A DNA stretch of 64,000 nt from a virus (lineage: Duplodnaviria; Heunggongvirae; Uroviricota; Caudoviricetes): IMG/VR virus record IMGVR_UViG_3300001798_000005; one strand, 5' to 3'. A program made the translations under genes and the position numbers. The first letter of the stretch is position 1. The number at the start of each line of letters is the position of its first letter. Of the stretch, positions 18,409 through 28,000 are shown one piece after another. A model generated the notes under the pieces. It made no database searches, was not told the DNA's origin, and was given only the letters and a program-made list of their open reading frames with translations.

Positions 18409-19051
18409 GGATTAACTCCTTTCCTGAACAGTTCCAACCGGGATATTCCCGCCGGGCAAATAATTCATATTTCTTTTCAACACCAGGATACATGGCCTCA
18501 ATGAGGGGATGGATGTCGGGCTTGCGGGAATGTTCCATGATTTTCTCCCGAATGATCGAGGGGGTCATCCGCTTGCCCCCAAAGGCCGCAGGCGTGACGC
18601 CTTGCCCCCGCGTGGCGATTATGCATATTTCGGCATTGGAAGCAGTATAGTGGCCAGGGCCATATTTAAGCTTTCCAGACCCTTTCTGTTCCTTTGTCCA
18701 CACAAAGCCAATGGTCGAGTATTCAAATCCCCACCCCTGGAGGACCGTCAGGGCATCATTGGGGCGGGTCCAGGTCTGAGTGGGCTTCCAGGAGGGTCGG
18801 CGACGCTGGCCATCGTACATCATCGGAAATGTCATCCACATGAACAGGATTGACCTCGGTCCCGCCAGGGCGGGGACGTCATACGTGATCGCAGGGTTGA
18901 TGATGTCCTGGGCCTTGAGGCATTCATAATGCCCGTCTGCCCCAGAGCCGAACCGGGTCCGGCCTCCACCGGTTAGGCGGTTGGCGTATTTCCAATTCGG
19001 ATCGGCCAAGAGGAGGGTCGCCTCAGGGAGCGGTTTTGTGATTTTAATCAT
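18401..19051 (-). CDS. MT-A70-family N6-adenine DNA methyltransferase
   Basis: LLADPNW (DPPW-type motif IV). Confidence 0.65.
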   Translation of the reverse strand: MIKITKPLPEATLLLADPNWKYANRLTGGGRTRFGSGADGHYECLKAQDIINPAITYDVPALAGPRSILFMWMTFPMMYDGQRRRPSWKPTQTWTRPNDALTVLQGWGFEYSTIGFVWTKEQKGSGKLKYGPGHYTASNAEICIIATRGQGVTPAAFGGKRMTPSIIREKIMEHSRKPDIHPLIEAMYPGVEKKYELFARREYPGWNCSGKELIHV

Positions 19052-19089
19052 TGTCTATCCTGTAATGGATTCGATTATGGCGCTTGAGT

Positions 19090-19260
19090 TTAATGCTTAC
19101 AAAATAAATCGGACGACTCACTCCCCTGGAGACAATTCAAGCATGCGTATCCCCTTTTATATTTAGGATTGCTGAAGCCTCCCAAGATTCCGAAAGCACA
19201 GACAAAGGAAGAAATTGCCAATATTGTAATCGCGAAAATAGCAGGGCATTCATTTATCAT
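19090..19260 (-). CDS. micro-membrane protein (56 aa) translationally coupled to the SPFH gene
   Basis: ATG overlaps SPFH stop (AAATGATAA); hydrophobic AIFAITILAISSFVCAFGILGG. Confidence 0.35.
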   Translation of the reverse strand: MINECPAIFAITILAISSFVCAFGILGGFSNPKYKRGYACLNCLQGSESSDLFCKH

Positions 19261-20021
19261 TTCTTCAACCCCATAATGATCGAGCTATTGCCCGCCACGG
19301 TCTCGGGGAGCTTGCCGTCCCATTTCTCGACCCACTTAAGCTCAACCAACTTGGGGGAGTTCGCCAGAGCTTGACTTTGTAGCCGAATGGACTCGGCCTC
19401 GGCCTGAGCCTTGGCAACGGTGATTTCAGCCTGTTTCTTTTCCCGGTCAAGCTCGTACTGCTTCTTTTTAGCGGAAATCTCCATCTCCTGCTTCTCAATG
19501 ACAGCTTTCTGGAGCGCCTCCGGCAGCTCAACGTGAGTGATCGGAATATCGATGATCTCGATCTGCCCCTTGATGGATTCTCTCACCATGGCCAGAACCT
19601 GTGCCTTGATGGCATTCACGCCACCCGTGACGGCCTCGGCCTTGTATTGAGATACGATTTGGCGGAAACTTTCCTGCACCTGCGGGGCAACGAGGACCTG
19701 ATAGGGGTCGCCTTGAACGTTTTGAAAAAGGTTAAGGAGTTGCCCCTCTGGGAGCCGGTACTGCACCCGGAACGAGATCGCCAGCGGTTGTTGATCAGAC
19801 GTCAGTGGATTGGCCGAACCCTCAACGGCGACCTGTTTGGTCGTGAAGGTGTGGATGCGTTCCGTGAAGGGGTTATACCCGAACAGGCCAGGGCTGAGGA
19901 GATCCTTCTTTACTGCGCCAAGCTCGACTTTGATCCCGCGCTCGCCGGGGTCAATGGTCGCGCAACCAGTCAGCCCCAAGGCCATCAGGGCCGTGAGGGG
20001 GAAGATTAAACTATTTTTCAT
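19257..20021 (-). CDS. SPFH/band-7 (prohibitin/HflC-like) lipoprotein
   Basis: Lipobox LTGC after signal peptide; SPFH-like core then charged coiled-coil tail (EKQEMEISAKKKQYELDREKKQAEITVAKAQAEAE). Confidence 0.55.
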   Translation of the reverse strand: MKNSLIFPLTALMALGLTGCATIDPGERGIKVELGAVKKDLLSPGLFGYNPFTERIHTFTTKQVAVEGSANPLTSDQQPLAISFRVQYRLPEGQLLNLFQNVQGDPYQVLVAPQVQESFRQIVSQYKAEAVTGGVNAIKAQVLAMVRESIKGQIEIIDIPITHVELPEALQKAVIEKQEMEISAKKKQYELDREKKQAEITVAKAQAEAESIRLQSQALANSPKLVELKWVEKWDGKLPETVAGNSSIIMGLKK

Positions 20022-20142
20022 TTGTGTCCTTTCCGAGTAATTTATCAATGAGTCCCTGAAGGCGCCCCATGCCCTGTAAGATCACTGCCAGGGTGACGCC
20101 CACGAGCAGGACGGCCAGAAATTCAAATGCAATCATTTTCAT
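20011..20142 (-). CDS. micro-membrane protein (43 aa) immediately upstream of and overlapping the SPFH gene
   Basis: AAGGTGGAGG RBS, MKMIAFEFLAVLLVGVTLAVIL. Confidence 0.35.
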   Translation of the reverse strand: MKMIAFEFLAVLLVGVTLAVILQGMGRLQGLIDKLLGKDTNEK

Positions 20143-20176
20143 AATGCCTCCACCTTACGTAAATTTTATCCCGATG

Positions 20177-20530
20177 TCAAGATTTCCTTTTCCTTTCTGA
20201 GTTCTCTTTTGCAGTCTTGGCCTTGTGGCAATCTAGGCAGAGTGTCTGCATGTTCTCCAGCCCCTTTGATCCTTGATCGATCAGCGGGATGATGTGATCA
20301 AGTTGCCATCTCGGATCATAAGCCCCACAGGCTGCACAGGTCCCCCGGTCGCGCTTAAAGATGATCGTTCGAGCATGGCTGGGCCATGCTTGAATTTTGT
20401 ATTCCTCGACACAAATAGGGTGCCACCCGGCTCGACGATTGATGGTCCCATTCTTGTAAATAATCTTTCCACACCATTTACAATACCCGGGTTTTACAGA
20501 TTTCTTTTTGGGTTTTCGGTGATCAGGCAT
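20177..20530 (-). CDS. HNH endonuclease
   Basis: CKWC...HPICV...CAAC..DHIIP...N...LC..CH. Confidence 0.65.
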   Translation of the reverse strand: MPDHRKPKKKSVKPGYCKWCGKIIYKNGTINRRAGWHPICVEEYKIQAWPSHARTIIFKRDRGTCAACGAYDPRWQLDHIIPLIDQGSKGLENMQTLCLDCHKAKTAKENSERKRKS

Positions 20531-21107
20531 ACTCGACTAGTTCAACAGACTGCTCAAGATTAGAGATAAAGGCATAAATCGAATCCCAACTATCATGCCT
20601 GATGAAGTTATCATATTCGGCGTTATAGGGCTGAGTGAATAAAATGGGCCATCGGTCCTCAACGGGGCGATATTGATCCCAATGTTGTCGCCACTTCAAG
20701 AGGTTCTTACCATGGTCTTCAATCAAGATATCGACATCAATGAGTTCCTTCTTCCAGGTGAAGATACAGTTTTTCTCACTGATTCGAGGAATATGATTTT
20801 TTAACCACTGAAGCTTGCACTCCTGACCGGTCCGGCAGGCGGAGATGATGATAATCTCATGGCCGTCATCGATCAGTCGATTGACATTCTCAACGGCTCC
20901 CCTGATGGGCGCCAGATGGCGGAAAAAGCCAGGCTCACAAAAGTATTGAAATACATCCTCACGAGTCGCATTTTTACAATTTTTCTGAAAATCGTATTTC
21001 GTGATATCCTCCACTGACAGCGACTCCCCATGATAGCGATTCAGCTTTTCCACCACTGAGGCCGTAAGGTCACACAAGACCCCATCCATGTCAATTCCTA
21101 TTCTCAC
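20523..21107 (-). CDS. 5-prime(3-prime)-deoxyribonucleotidase (HAD-type, NT5C-like)
   Basis: N-terminal IGIDMDGVL (DxDGVL) HAD motif, about 190 aa. Confidence 0.55.
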   Translation of the reverse strand: MRIGIDMDGVLCDLTASVVEKLNRYHGESLSVEDITKYDFQKNCKNATREDVFQYFCEPGFFRHLAPIRGAVENVNRLIDDGHEIIIISACRTGQECKLQWLKNHIPRISEKNCIFTWKKELIDVDILIEDHGKNLLKWRQHWDQYRPVEDRWPILFTQPYNAEYDNFIRHDSWDSIYAFISNLEQSVELVEYA

Positions 21108-21193
21108 TGCTGTCTCCTTCTGTGATGATGTGTATTAATTTTTCCAAATAGGGATCACCGGCCCAAAAGCCGCTATAGAGTAATTCTTCAAAT

Positions 21194-21700
21194 TCAAACA
21201 GAGCTGGTGACCAATCCAATGACGATCTCCTTTATGTGTTCCAGGATGGCCTTCGGGGCTGGTCGGCGGGTCAGGATGATGTGAATCCCTCTCTTACCCT
21301 CTGGCTGCCTGATAGGGCTGAGCCATGGCAGTGGTGCCTCAATCTGCTTATCGTTGACGATAATCCCGGCATCCTGCATGGCATCCTGGACGGCCTTGAG
21401 GTAATTATCGGCGTCTCCTCTCGGTGAAGAACAAAAGAACTCACAGATCATGAAATATCGGTTATCCTTCACGTAAGCGGTCTTGCCTTTCTCGTCATAC
21501 CGGAAGGCATGTGTGGCTTCTAGCCAGAGATCTGAAAAGGCAGATTTGAACATTGTCGCCAACGTTTTTTTGTATTCAGTGTACTCTTTTCTGTTGTAGA
21601 CATTTTTTACACCCGCTCGGGGCCGGGGCGTCGGCATCGGGTCAATGGGAAAATCGATAAACCATGCATCACGCCGCCTAGGGGTTTCGATGACCTCCAT
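21194..21700 (-). CDS. RusA-like Holliday junction resolvase
   Basis: GDADNYLKAVQDAM (D.DN..K...D). Confidence 0.6.
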   Translation of the reverse strand: MEVIETPRRRDAWFIDFPIDPMPTPRPRAGVKNVYNRKEYTEYKKTLATMFKSAFSDLWLEATHAFRYDEKGKTAYVKDNRYFMICEFFCSSPRGDADNYLKAVQDAMQDAGIIVNDKQIEAPLPWLSPIRQPEGKRGIHIILTRRPAPKAILEHIKEIVIGLVTSSV

Positions 21701-21777
21701 CAGGCTCCGAGGAGCGCAGCGGCGCCAAAATAGGATATTCCGATGATGATCACCAACAGGAATAATTGTCTTAACAT
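21700..21777 (-). CDS. 25-aa hydrophobic peptide coupled to rusA-like gene (TGATG overlap)
   Basis: GGAGAG-N5-ATG; MLRQLFLLVIIIGISYFGAAALLGA. Confidence 0.2.
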   Translation of the reverse strand: MLRQLFLLVIIIGISYFGAAALLGA

Positions 21778-21898
21778 TTCTTCATCTCTCCATCGCTGAT
21801 TTATTCATCATAAGATTAATCTTACATAAGGTCAAGGCTTGACATGAATTTTCAAATTCAATATCATTAAGGCCCTTATAACTCTTACTTCTCTTCAG

Positions 21899-21922
21899 CC
21901 GCCCTTGGGCGGTTTTTTCTTT
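21899..21922 (+). terminator. plus-strand-oriented rho-independent terminator (CCGCCC-TTG-GGCGG + TTTTTTCTTT)
   Basis: Read directly; sits in a minus-strand gene block. Confidence 0.45.
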
Positions 21923-22376
21923 AAAAGCGCTTGAACCAATTTAGAGGGAAGAGGATGACGGCCCACTTGTATTTTTCCGCCTCAACTCTCGCAATACCGG
22001 CGAACTGCGCATCGAGGGACAAGAAGCTGTTCGTGGCCGGAGTATGCCAGGGCGAAAGGTCCGGGTTCCACTCACCCTTGGAGTTCTGGGTTTCAAAACG
22101 AAACAATTCGGGGTGGGGGAACTTCCCTTTCTCTTGCCAGAATCTATCGTGCCAGAGGGATGGGCCATCCCAGGGGCCATCAGGGCGGGCGACCCCCCAG
22201 AGGGGACGAGGGACTGAGGCCTTGTCGTATTCGTAGCCTGCGGCCATAAAGAGGCGTTTTCTGAACCCTACAGGCCCCCACTCTTGAGTGTAATCCTCAT
22301 CGAGCCGGTAAAGATTAGTCGCCTCATCGTACTGAAGGACGGGACTTTTGTAATTTTCTTGTGTGCTGTATGTCAT
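21921..22376 (-). CDS. DUF1353-like phage protein
   Basis: YEYDKASVPRPLW-type motif (from memory of DUF1353). Confidence 0.35.
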   Translation of the reverse strand: MTYSTQENYKSPVLQYDEATNLYRLDEDYTQEWGPVGFRKRLFMAAGYEYDKASVPRPLWGVARPDGPWDGPSLWHDRFWQEKGKFPHPELFRFETQNSKGEWNPDLSPWHTPATNSFLSLDAQFAGIARVEAEKYKWAVILFPLNWFKRF

Positions 22377-22858
22377 AGTACCACCAAGTCGATCACGGGC
22401 GATTCATCAGAAATGCCGCGCAAGACAGCAAATAACTTTTCCACTTGTGCTCTCTCCAGTGGATTACGGCCCAATAGCACGATACAGCCAGCCGAGCCCG
22501 GCTTGGTATTCTCAGGGTGGAGGCCAATATCGAAGCGCTGATAATTATTGCGCTTGTGATCATAGATTCGTCTGGTATTGCTGGAATCGGTGAAGATTTT
22601 GAAAAACTCACCAATACCATCATAGTCAGACCACTTCCCGGCCTTGAGGGAATGGAGATCGATCTGATGCCTCCCAAACGGAACTGGGCTCTTGCCCCTC
22701 ACCCAATCGGTTCCCTCATAGCCCTTCTGTCCCGAACGGGCCGCCATGCGGTGAAAGAGCGTTCTGGCCTTCTTGGTATCGGGATCATAAGCCTGAAGGG
22801 TCAGGGCGCCATCAATTGAATGGACCTGCTTGTCAAAATAAAGCGTAAATTTATCCAC
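22373..22858 (-). CDS. L,D-transpeptidase-fold (YkuD/DUF2778-like) protein, candidate endolysin
   Basis: GLHPENTKPGSAGCIVL resembles H...S.GC[IV] catalytic motif; GTG start overlapping holin-like stop (GTGGATAA). Confidence 0.35.
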   Translation of the reverse strand: MDKFTLYFDKQVHSIDGALTLQAYDPDTKKARTLFHRMAARSGQKGYEGTDWVRGKSPVPFGRHQIDLHSLKAGKWSDYDGIGEFFKIFTDSSNTRRIYDHKRNNYQRFDIGLHPENTKPGSAGCIVLLGRNPLERAQVEKLFAVLRGISDESPVIDLVVL

Positions 22859-23108
22859 GCGGCCCAGCCTCACAGTTCTGGCAGTGACCACAGATCTCCA
22901 TGATCTTAAGCCGAATATCAGCCAACAGGTCAGGCGTGGAGGCATGGTGCTCCTTCAACGTGATGGCTTCAACGATCAATCGGTCCATCTTGTCTTCAAT
23001 CCGATTCATGGCCCCCGACATGGCAAAAACAACCAACAAGGCGAGCCCGATTCTGGAATTAAGGATCTGGCCAATAACTTTAAGCGTCGCGGGGTTCGGG
23101 ATCTTCAT
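22851..23108 (-). CDS. holin-like small membrane protein
   Basis: 85 aa, TM IGLALLVVFAMSGAM, adjacent to lysin candidate. Confidence 0.35.
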   Translation of the reverse strand: MKIPNPATLKVIGQILNSRIGLALLVVFAMSGAMNRIEDKMDRLIVEAITLKEHHASTPDLLADIRLKIMEICGHCQNCEAGPRG

Positions 23109-23235
23109 TGCTCTTTTCCTGCGTTTCGAGTAAACGTTTCATTTCACCGAGGCGGCGTGTCACTGTATCCAAAGGCCAAAGCCTTATCATGCCTTACCCG
23201 ATCCGTTTTACCTTGGAGGGGTGCTTGGGGTCCAT

Positions 23236-23559
23236 TTAATTACTCTCTGTCGGGGCTGTGAATAAACTTAGCATCTCGTCTCTCGCCGCACTGAGGGGAC
23301 CTTCTGCAACAGGCGCGTTTTGGATGATCGCCACGGCGGCAAGTATGTCCCCGGACTCTAGGGCGAGCTTCACTCCGGCCTTCAAAGGGTAGAACGCCCC
23401 CCGCTCTTCTGGAGAGAACGACATAAAGATTTTTTCTAATGCTTCTGGGATCGCTTGGGCGGCTGTAATCTGTTGTGCCTTTTCCACGTTGATCTTAATT
23501 CCCATCAGCGTACTCCCATGCATTTCGGGCGGATCTATCTGTCGGTAGATCCTGAACAT
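23236..23559 (-). CDS. hypothetical protein
   Basis: ORF only. Confidence 0.4.
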   Translation of the reverse strand: MFRIYRQIDPPEMHGSTLMGIKINVEKAQQITAAQAIPEALEKIFMSFSPEERGAFYPLKAGVKLALESGDILAAVAIIQNAPVAEGPLSAARDEMLSLFTAPTESN

Positions 23560-23767
23560 CTACAATCTGGAATGGTTTACCGGCTGGAACATCCTTCATG
23601 GCTATATCTTCTGGTGTTACCAACCTAAAGCCGATCGGTAACTCGTCTGTGATTTTAATTAGAGGTATCCATTGACCTGTGATTGGATTGATAGCGTTGT
23701 TAAGTGCTGGAATCAACACAACAACTGAACCATCGTCTAGGGGGTATATAATTCGTTTATTATCCAT
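23495..23767 (-). CDS. hypothetical protein
   Basis: ORF only; start uncertain. Confidence 0.35.
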   Translation of the reverse strand: MDNKRIIYPLDDGSVVVLIPALNNAINPITGQWIPLIKITDELPIGFRLVTPEDIAMKDVPAGKPFQIVDVQDLPTDRSARNAWEYADGN

Positions 23768-24993
23768 TATTGATCTCCATAGAAAGCGGCATATGCACGG
23801 GTTTGGTCCTGGGCGCTCCCTGAGGAGTTAAAACAAACCATTCGTATAAGGGAAGCCGTAGGGGTTGTTGCGCTTGAGAAAGCATTCCAGCTTCCATCGG
23901 AAGCCCCGGTGTTGTATCCCCCAATCACCCCACAATAATTTGCGTCTGAAAAGGCCGTGGTGAAGTTAATGGTGTAGTCGCCTGTGCCGTTATCCCCAAC
24001 AGAGCTTACGTTGTAGCTTTTATTAATGGTAACCGTCCCCGTGCCAACAAAATAAACCCAAGCCTTCGCAGCGGATGGGTGGTATTGTTGACGCCCTGGG
24101 GAGACAAAAGCAGTTAAAGAGCTTCCCGTTTCCTGTTCCGCCTGAGTTGCGGCAGCGTTGGCGCTTTTTCCCACAAAAGCGGTATAGTTAGTGCCTCCAC
24201 TGAAGATAATGGCGCCATCGCCAGTATTGAGCACCAGGGTCGCGGCGCCGTTAATCGTGGAGGTCGTGGGAGTGATCGTCACCGCCCCAGCGCCGAGGTT
24301 GTGAGTGAAATAAGCCCAGCCGGATTCAAACCCCGCCCCGGCCTGAGGAAGCGTGACTGCGATCGCGGATCCGTTGGAGTGGGTGACGAGTTTATTTCTG
24401 TCGGTTGTCAATACCGTGTAAGTTGTGCCCGTTTGGGCATTGGTGTAATAGGCAGGCGGCAGGCCCCCGAGGAGCATTAAATTTGTCCCATCATAGGCCT
24501 GAAGCTGGAAAGAGGCCGCCGGGAGATCCCCCGAGATCGGGTCATTCCCGTCTGGGCGTTTGAAGGACTTGGCCCCCACGGCGTTGTAGTTCATCGTGGC
24601 CGCGCCGGTGTTGACCGTGTTGAGTTTGGTCAGGACCAGCTCCCCAGTCGTGTAGGCGGTCCGGGCGGGTGAGAGCGTTACCGCGTAAGTGTCATTTGAT
24701 CCCGCATCGGCGGCATAATTCCGGGAGCCGTCATACAGGGCGGCAGTCGTGGGGGTAAAGACATTCGTGGTGGAATTGATGGTCCCCATTGAGATCGAGT
24801 CGGTCCCATCATACCAGTTTACTGTCCAGATCGGGTTAGCGGTATCGTCGATCCAAATTGTGCCCGCTTCGGCATAAGCGGGAATTGAGCTCCCCTTGTG
24901 GTGACACATGAGGGCCTGCTTGCCGTCATTGTCCAATCCCCGATACTGTGTACCGGTTTTCCCAGATCCGATTGTATAAGTCGCCTGTGGCAT
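23767..24993 (-). CDS. tail fiber / receptor-binding protein
   Basis: 408 aa, Gly/Thr/Ser/Asn-rich, directly downstream of the J-like gene. Confidence 0.55.
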   Translation of the reverse strand: MPQATYTIGSGKTGTQYRGLDNDGKQALMCHHKGSSIPAYAEAGTIWIDDTANPIWTVNWYDGTDSISMGTINSTTNVFTPTTAALYDGSRNYAADAGSNDTYAVTLSPARTAYTTGELVLTKLNTVNTGAATMNYNAVGAKSFKRPDGNDPISGDLPAASFQLQAYDGTNLMLLGGLPPAYYTNAQTGTTYTVLTTDRNKLVTHSNGSAIAVTLPQAGAGFESGWAYFTHNLGAGAVTITPTTSTINGAATLVLNTGDGAIIFSGGTNYTAFVGKSANAAATQAEQETGSSLTAFVSPGRQQYHPSAAKAWVYFVGTGTVTINKSYNVSSVGDNGTGDYTINFTTAFSDANYCGVIGGYNTGASDGSWNAFSSATTPTASLIRMVCFNSSGSAQDQTRAYAAFYGDQ

Positions 24994-25003
24994 GTTCTAC
25001 TCC

Positions 25004-28000
25004 CTAGGGGACAATTGCCCCATATCCTTTTGCGATCCAGTCCATGGTCCGCTCGACACCCGTACCGGCAGCATTGAAGAATCGAACAGTAAAGCCTGCT
25101 GCGGATTTTGATGAAATTGTGACATAATCTCCAGTAGCGAGATCCTGGCCCGTGACGGCAATTGCCGGAATAGCCTTAAAGGCCTGTGAAAAGGTGATTG
25201 TCGATCCGGCTGCGGGACAGACGACATCCTCGGCGGCAATGATCCGATCCGGCATGTCGACTGTAACAGACAAAGCAGTGACGATAGGGCTGATTCCATC
25301 CTCATATGAATACAGGACAGCCTTAAACTGAAAAGCCCTTGCGGAGTAATCTCCGACAATGAGGGCCGTCCATGCGCTCCAGGTCGGAGTCCCTGAGGGG
25401 TCATCATTTGTTGTCCTGACAAAAATCGTTACTCCCCATTGAGATGCATCGCCGCCATCCCAGTTTGTGATCGCATCAATATCATTTCTCAGATCCATGT
25501 TATCGTACAGATCAGACCCACTGGCGGTTATCGATCCTGTTAAACGACTGGTATAGACACTTCCGAGATCCAAATATGTCAACCCGCCCGGATAGGAAGA
25601 GAAATCATAAGTCCCGATCGTGGTAATTCCCGCAAGCCCAATATCCCAATTCAAAATATCGTCTATATTAGTCCAATCATCTACAGTATCGGCACCGGTG
25701 AGCTGGAGCGCCCCATCGAGGGTTGAACAGTCAGTGCAGGTTCCGGTGAATCCGGGATCCTCCTGCAGGGTTACGATAACATTCAACCCCTGCAACTCGG
25801 CCACATTCGTGATAATCTCGGTGGCGTTATCGGATTCAATACCTGAAGTGTCAACTGCCTTAATGAGATAGGTTCCAATCAACAGGGGAGCTGATATCCC
25901 AGTAGCGTCTCGGGAGACTTGACTGATTAGGATATTGGACGTCCCCCAGGTAGCGCTGCCGTCGGTCAGGGGGGAAAATCGAATGACGTAATGATCCAAG
26001 TCCAGGTCTGTCACGGCATCCCAGGACAGATATGCGGCATCATTAATGACCTGCATGTTGAAATTATCTACATCCCCCGGTGGCGCCAAAAGCCCAGTAG
26101 CGGAACTCGTGGACGTAATATAAGTTGATCTCAGACTTCCCAGCCCCCCAATGGCCCTGACCCTGAAGTCATATTGTCCCGGAGCGGTATCGAGAAGATC
26201 AATTGAATTCCCCGAAGTCGTCCCGATCAATTGATAAGTGCTTGAGGATGCGGCCTTATAGCCGACTTCATACCGTTCTGCCCTGGCGTCAGAGCTGAAG
26301 GTCCACGATATAGTAATTGCTGATCTGATGTTGGCCCCAGATTGATAAAGATATTCCAGAAATTGCAAATCAGCCGGAGGTAATAGCGCTCCAGTGGGTA
26401 ATGTCGAATAGCTCGGCGTCTCAAGCGTAATATTGCCTTCAACCCGATCATATTTATCGGGGTCATAGAAGAGAGCCGAGACTTCAATAATGTGTTTATC
26501 AGTCTCCCGAACGGCTAAAACGCGAAATTGCCTCGGGAGAACATCAGTCCCAGTGATGACCCAAACCGCTCCCACGATAGGGGTTTGGGAAAAAACACTT
26601 TCAATCGTCAGTGCCGTGTAGGTCCCTGCTGCGTCGGTAATGTCGCGGTCCTCGATCGTTCCATCTGGCATCGTGACGGAAATTGAATAAGTTTCCCCAA
26701 CGGCCAACACGACAGAACTGTCAAGGGTAACGGTTGTGCTGGCAATTGCGGATAATCGACCACCGTAGCGGATTCCAGCATAATGGGGATCCTGGACTTT
26801 GATAATCTGACCTGGCCGGATATCAAAATGGTCCATCCCAGCCCTAAAGGTAACAGTCTCGGTTTCATATTTTTCGCTATCAAGGATCCATTTCCCGACC
26901 CGGTATGCCTGCCCCTTGGACGTGCAGCCATAAGCGACTGTATCGATTTGTCGCCATCCGAATTGCGCGATCCCATCTGGGTCTTCAATGACGACAATAT
27001 CGGGTTTATAACCGGTATCGGGGTTGATGTAGGAAATTGCCGCGACAGTATGACGAGCCTTCAGGGCTGCTCCAGAGTATTCGAGATTGCCCCCAATGAC
27101 GTTGGATCTCGTAACAAGCTTACTGACATCCGTAGGGGCATCCATGGCGGCAGTGATGGATGCCGTTGCCCAATAGGTCATACCCCTGAAGCATGATGAA
27201 AGCGCCGTCAAGACATTAAAGGCCTCTTGTTGGGATGAAATTACGCCATTGAAAGTAAAGCGTGGCTCGACCCCACCGAAGCCATCATCAATCATTTCAT
27301 CACAATAAACCCCAATGGCATACAGGGCCGCTTTATCGATCTGAGATGCGGAAACATTTTCCCCACATCCATAACGTTTATTGACGATCATGTCATATAG
27401 GACCCATGCGGGATTATTTGAATAGGCGATTGTAAATGATCCACCCCAAACGCCCGAATAAGTTCTCAGGGTCGGATTATAGTTGTCAGGAACCTGAATT
27501 TTAATTCCCTTGATCTCATAAGCCCTTGCGGGCAAATTGGATCCAAATTGGCTGGAGTCCACCGTCAGGCCAACAAGAGCGGTATCGTTATGCTTTAATT
27601 TAACATCTTTAATAATTGTATAACTTGACCAAAAGCTTTGTCCCTGTTGTCCCGATCCCGGCTCTGCATTGGCGCGTGTGACTCGAATATCCCAAGGGTT
27701 GCCCCCTGCGGGGAGATTAAGCCTATAGCTCACCTCGTATGGAGATGTTGTTTTCCCATTGATCTCTACTGGATTAGTGACATTTGTCATTGAGGCCAGG
27801 ACATAACCGCCTCCATTGCTCTGGACTTCAAACTGAATAAATACTTGAGAACCATAAACGTTCCCGGTGGCGGTATCCTGACTGTATAGTGCCGGAATTC
27901 TGATCTTGATCCGTGCAGCATCGGCTTCAGAATCGGTTATCTGTCGGACCACTGGGGTCCCGAAAATGACTTGAGTCCCTACGGTGACTTCAGTTTCAAC

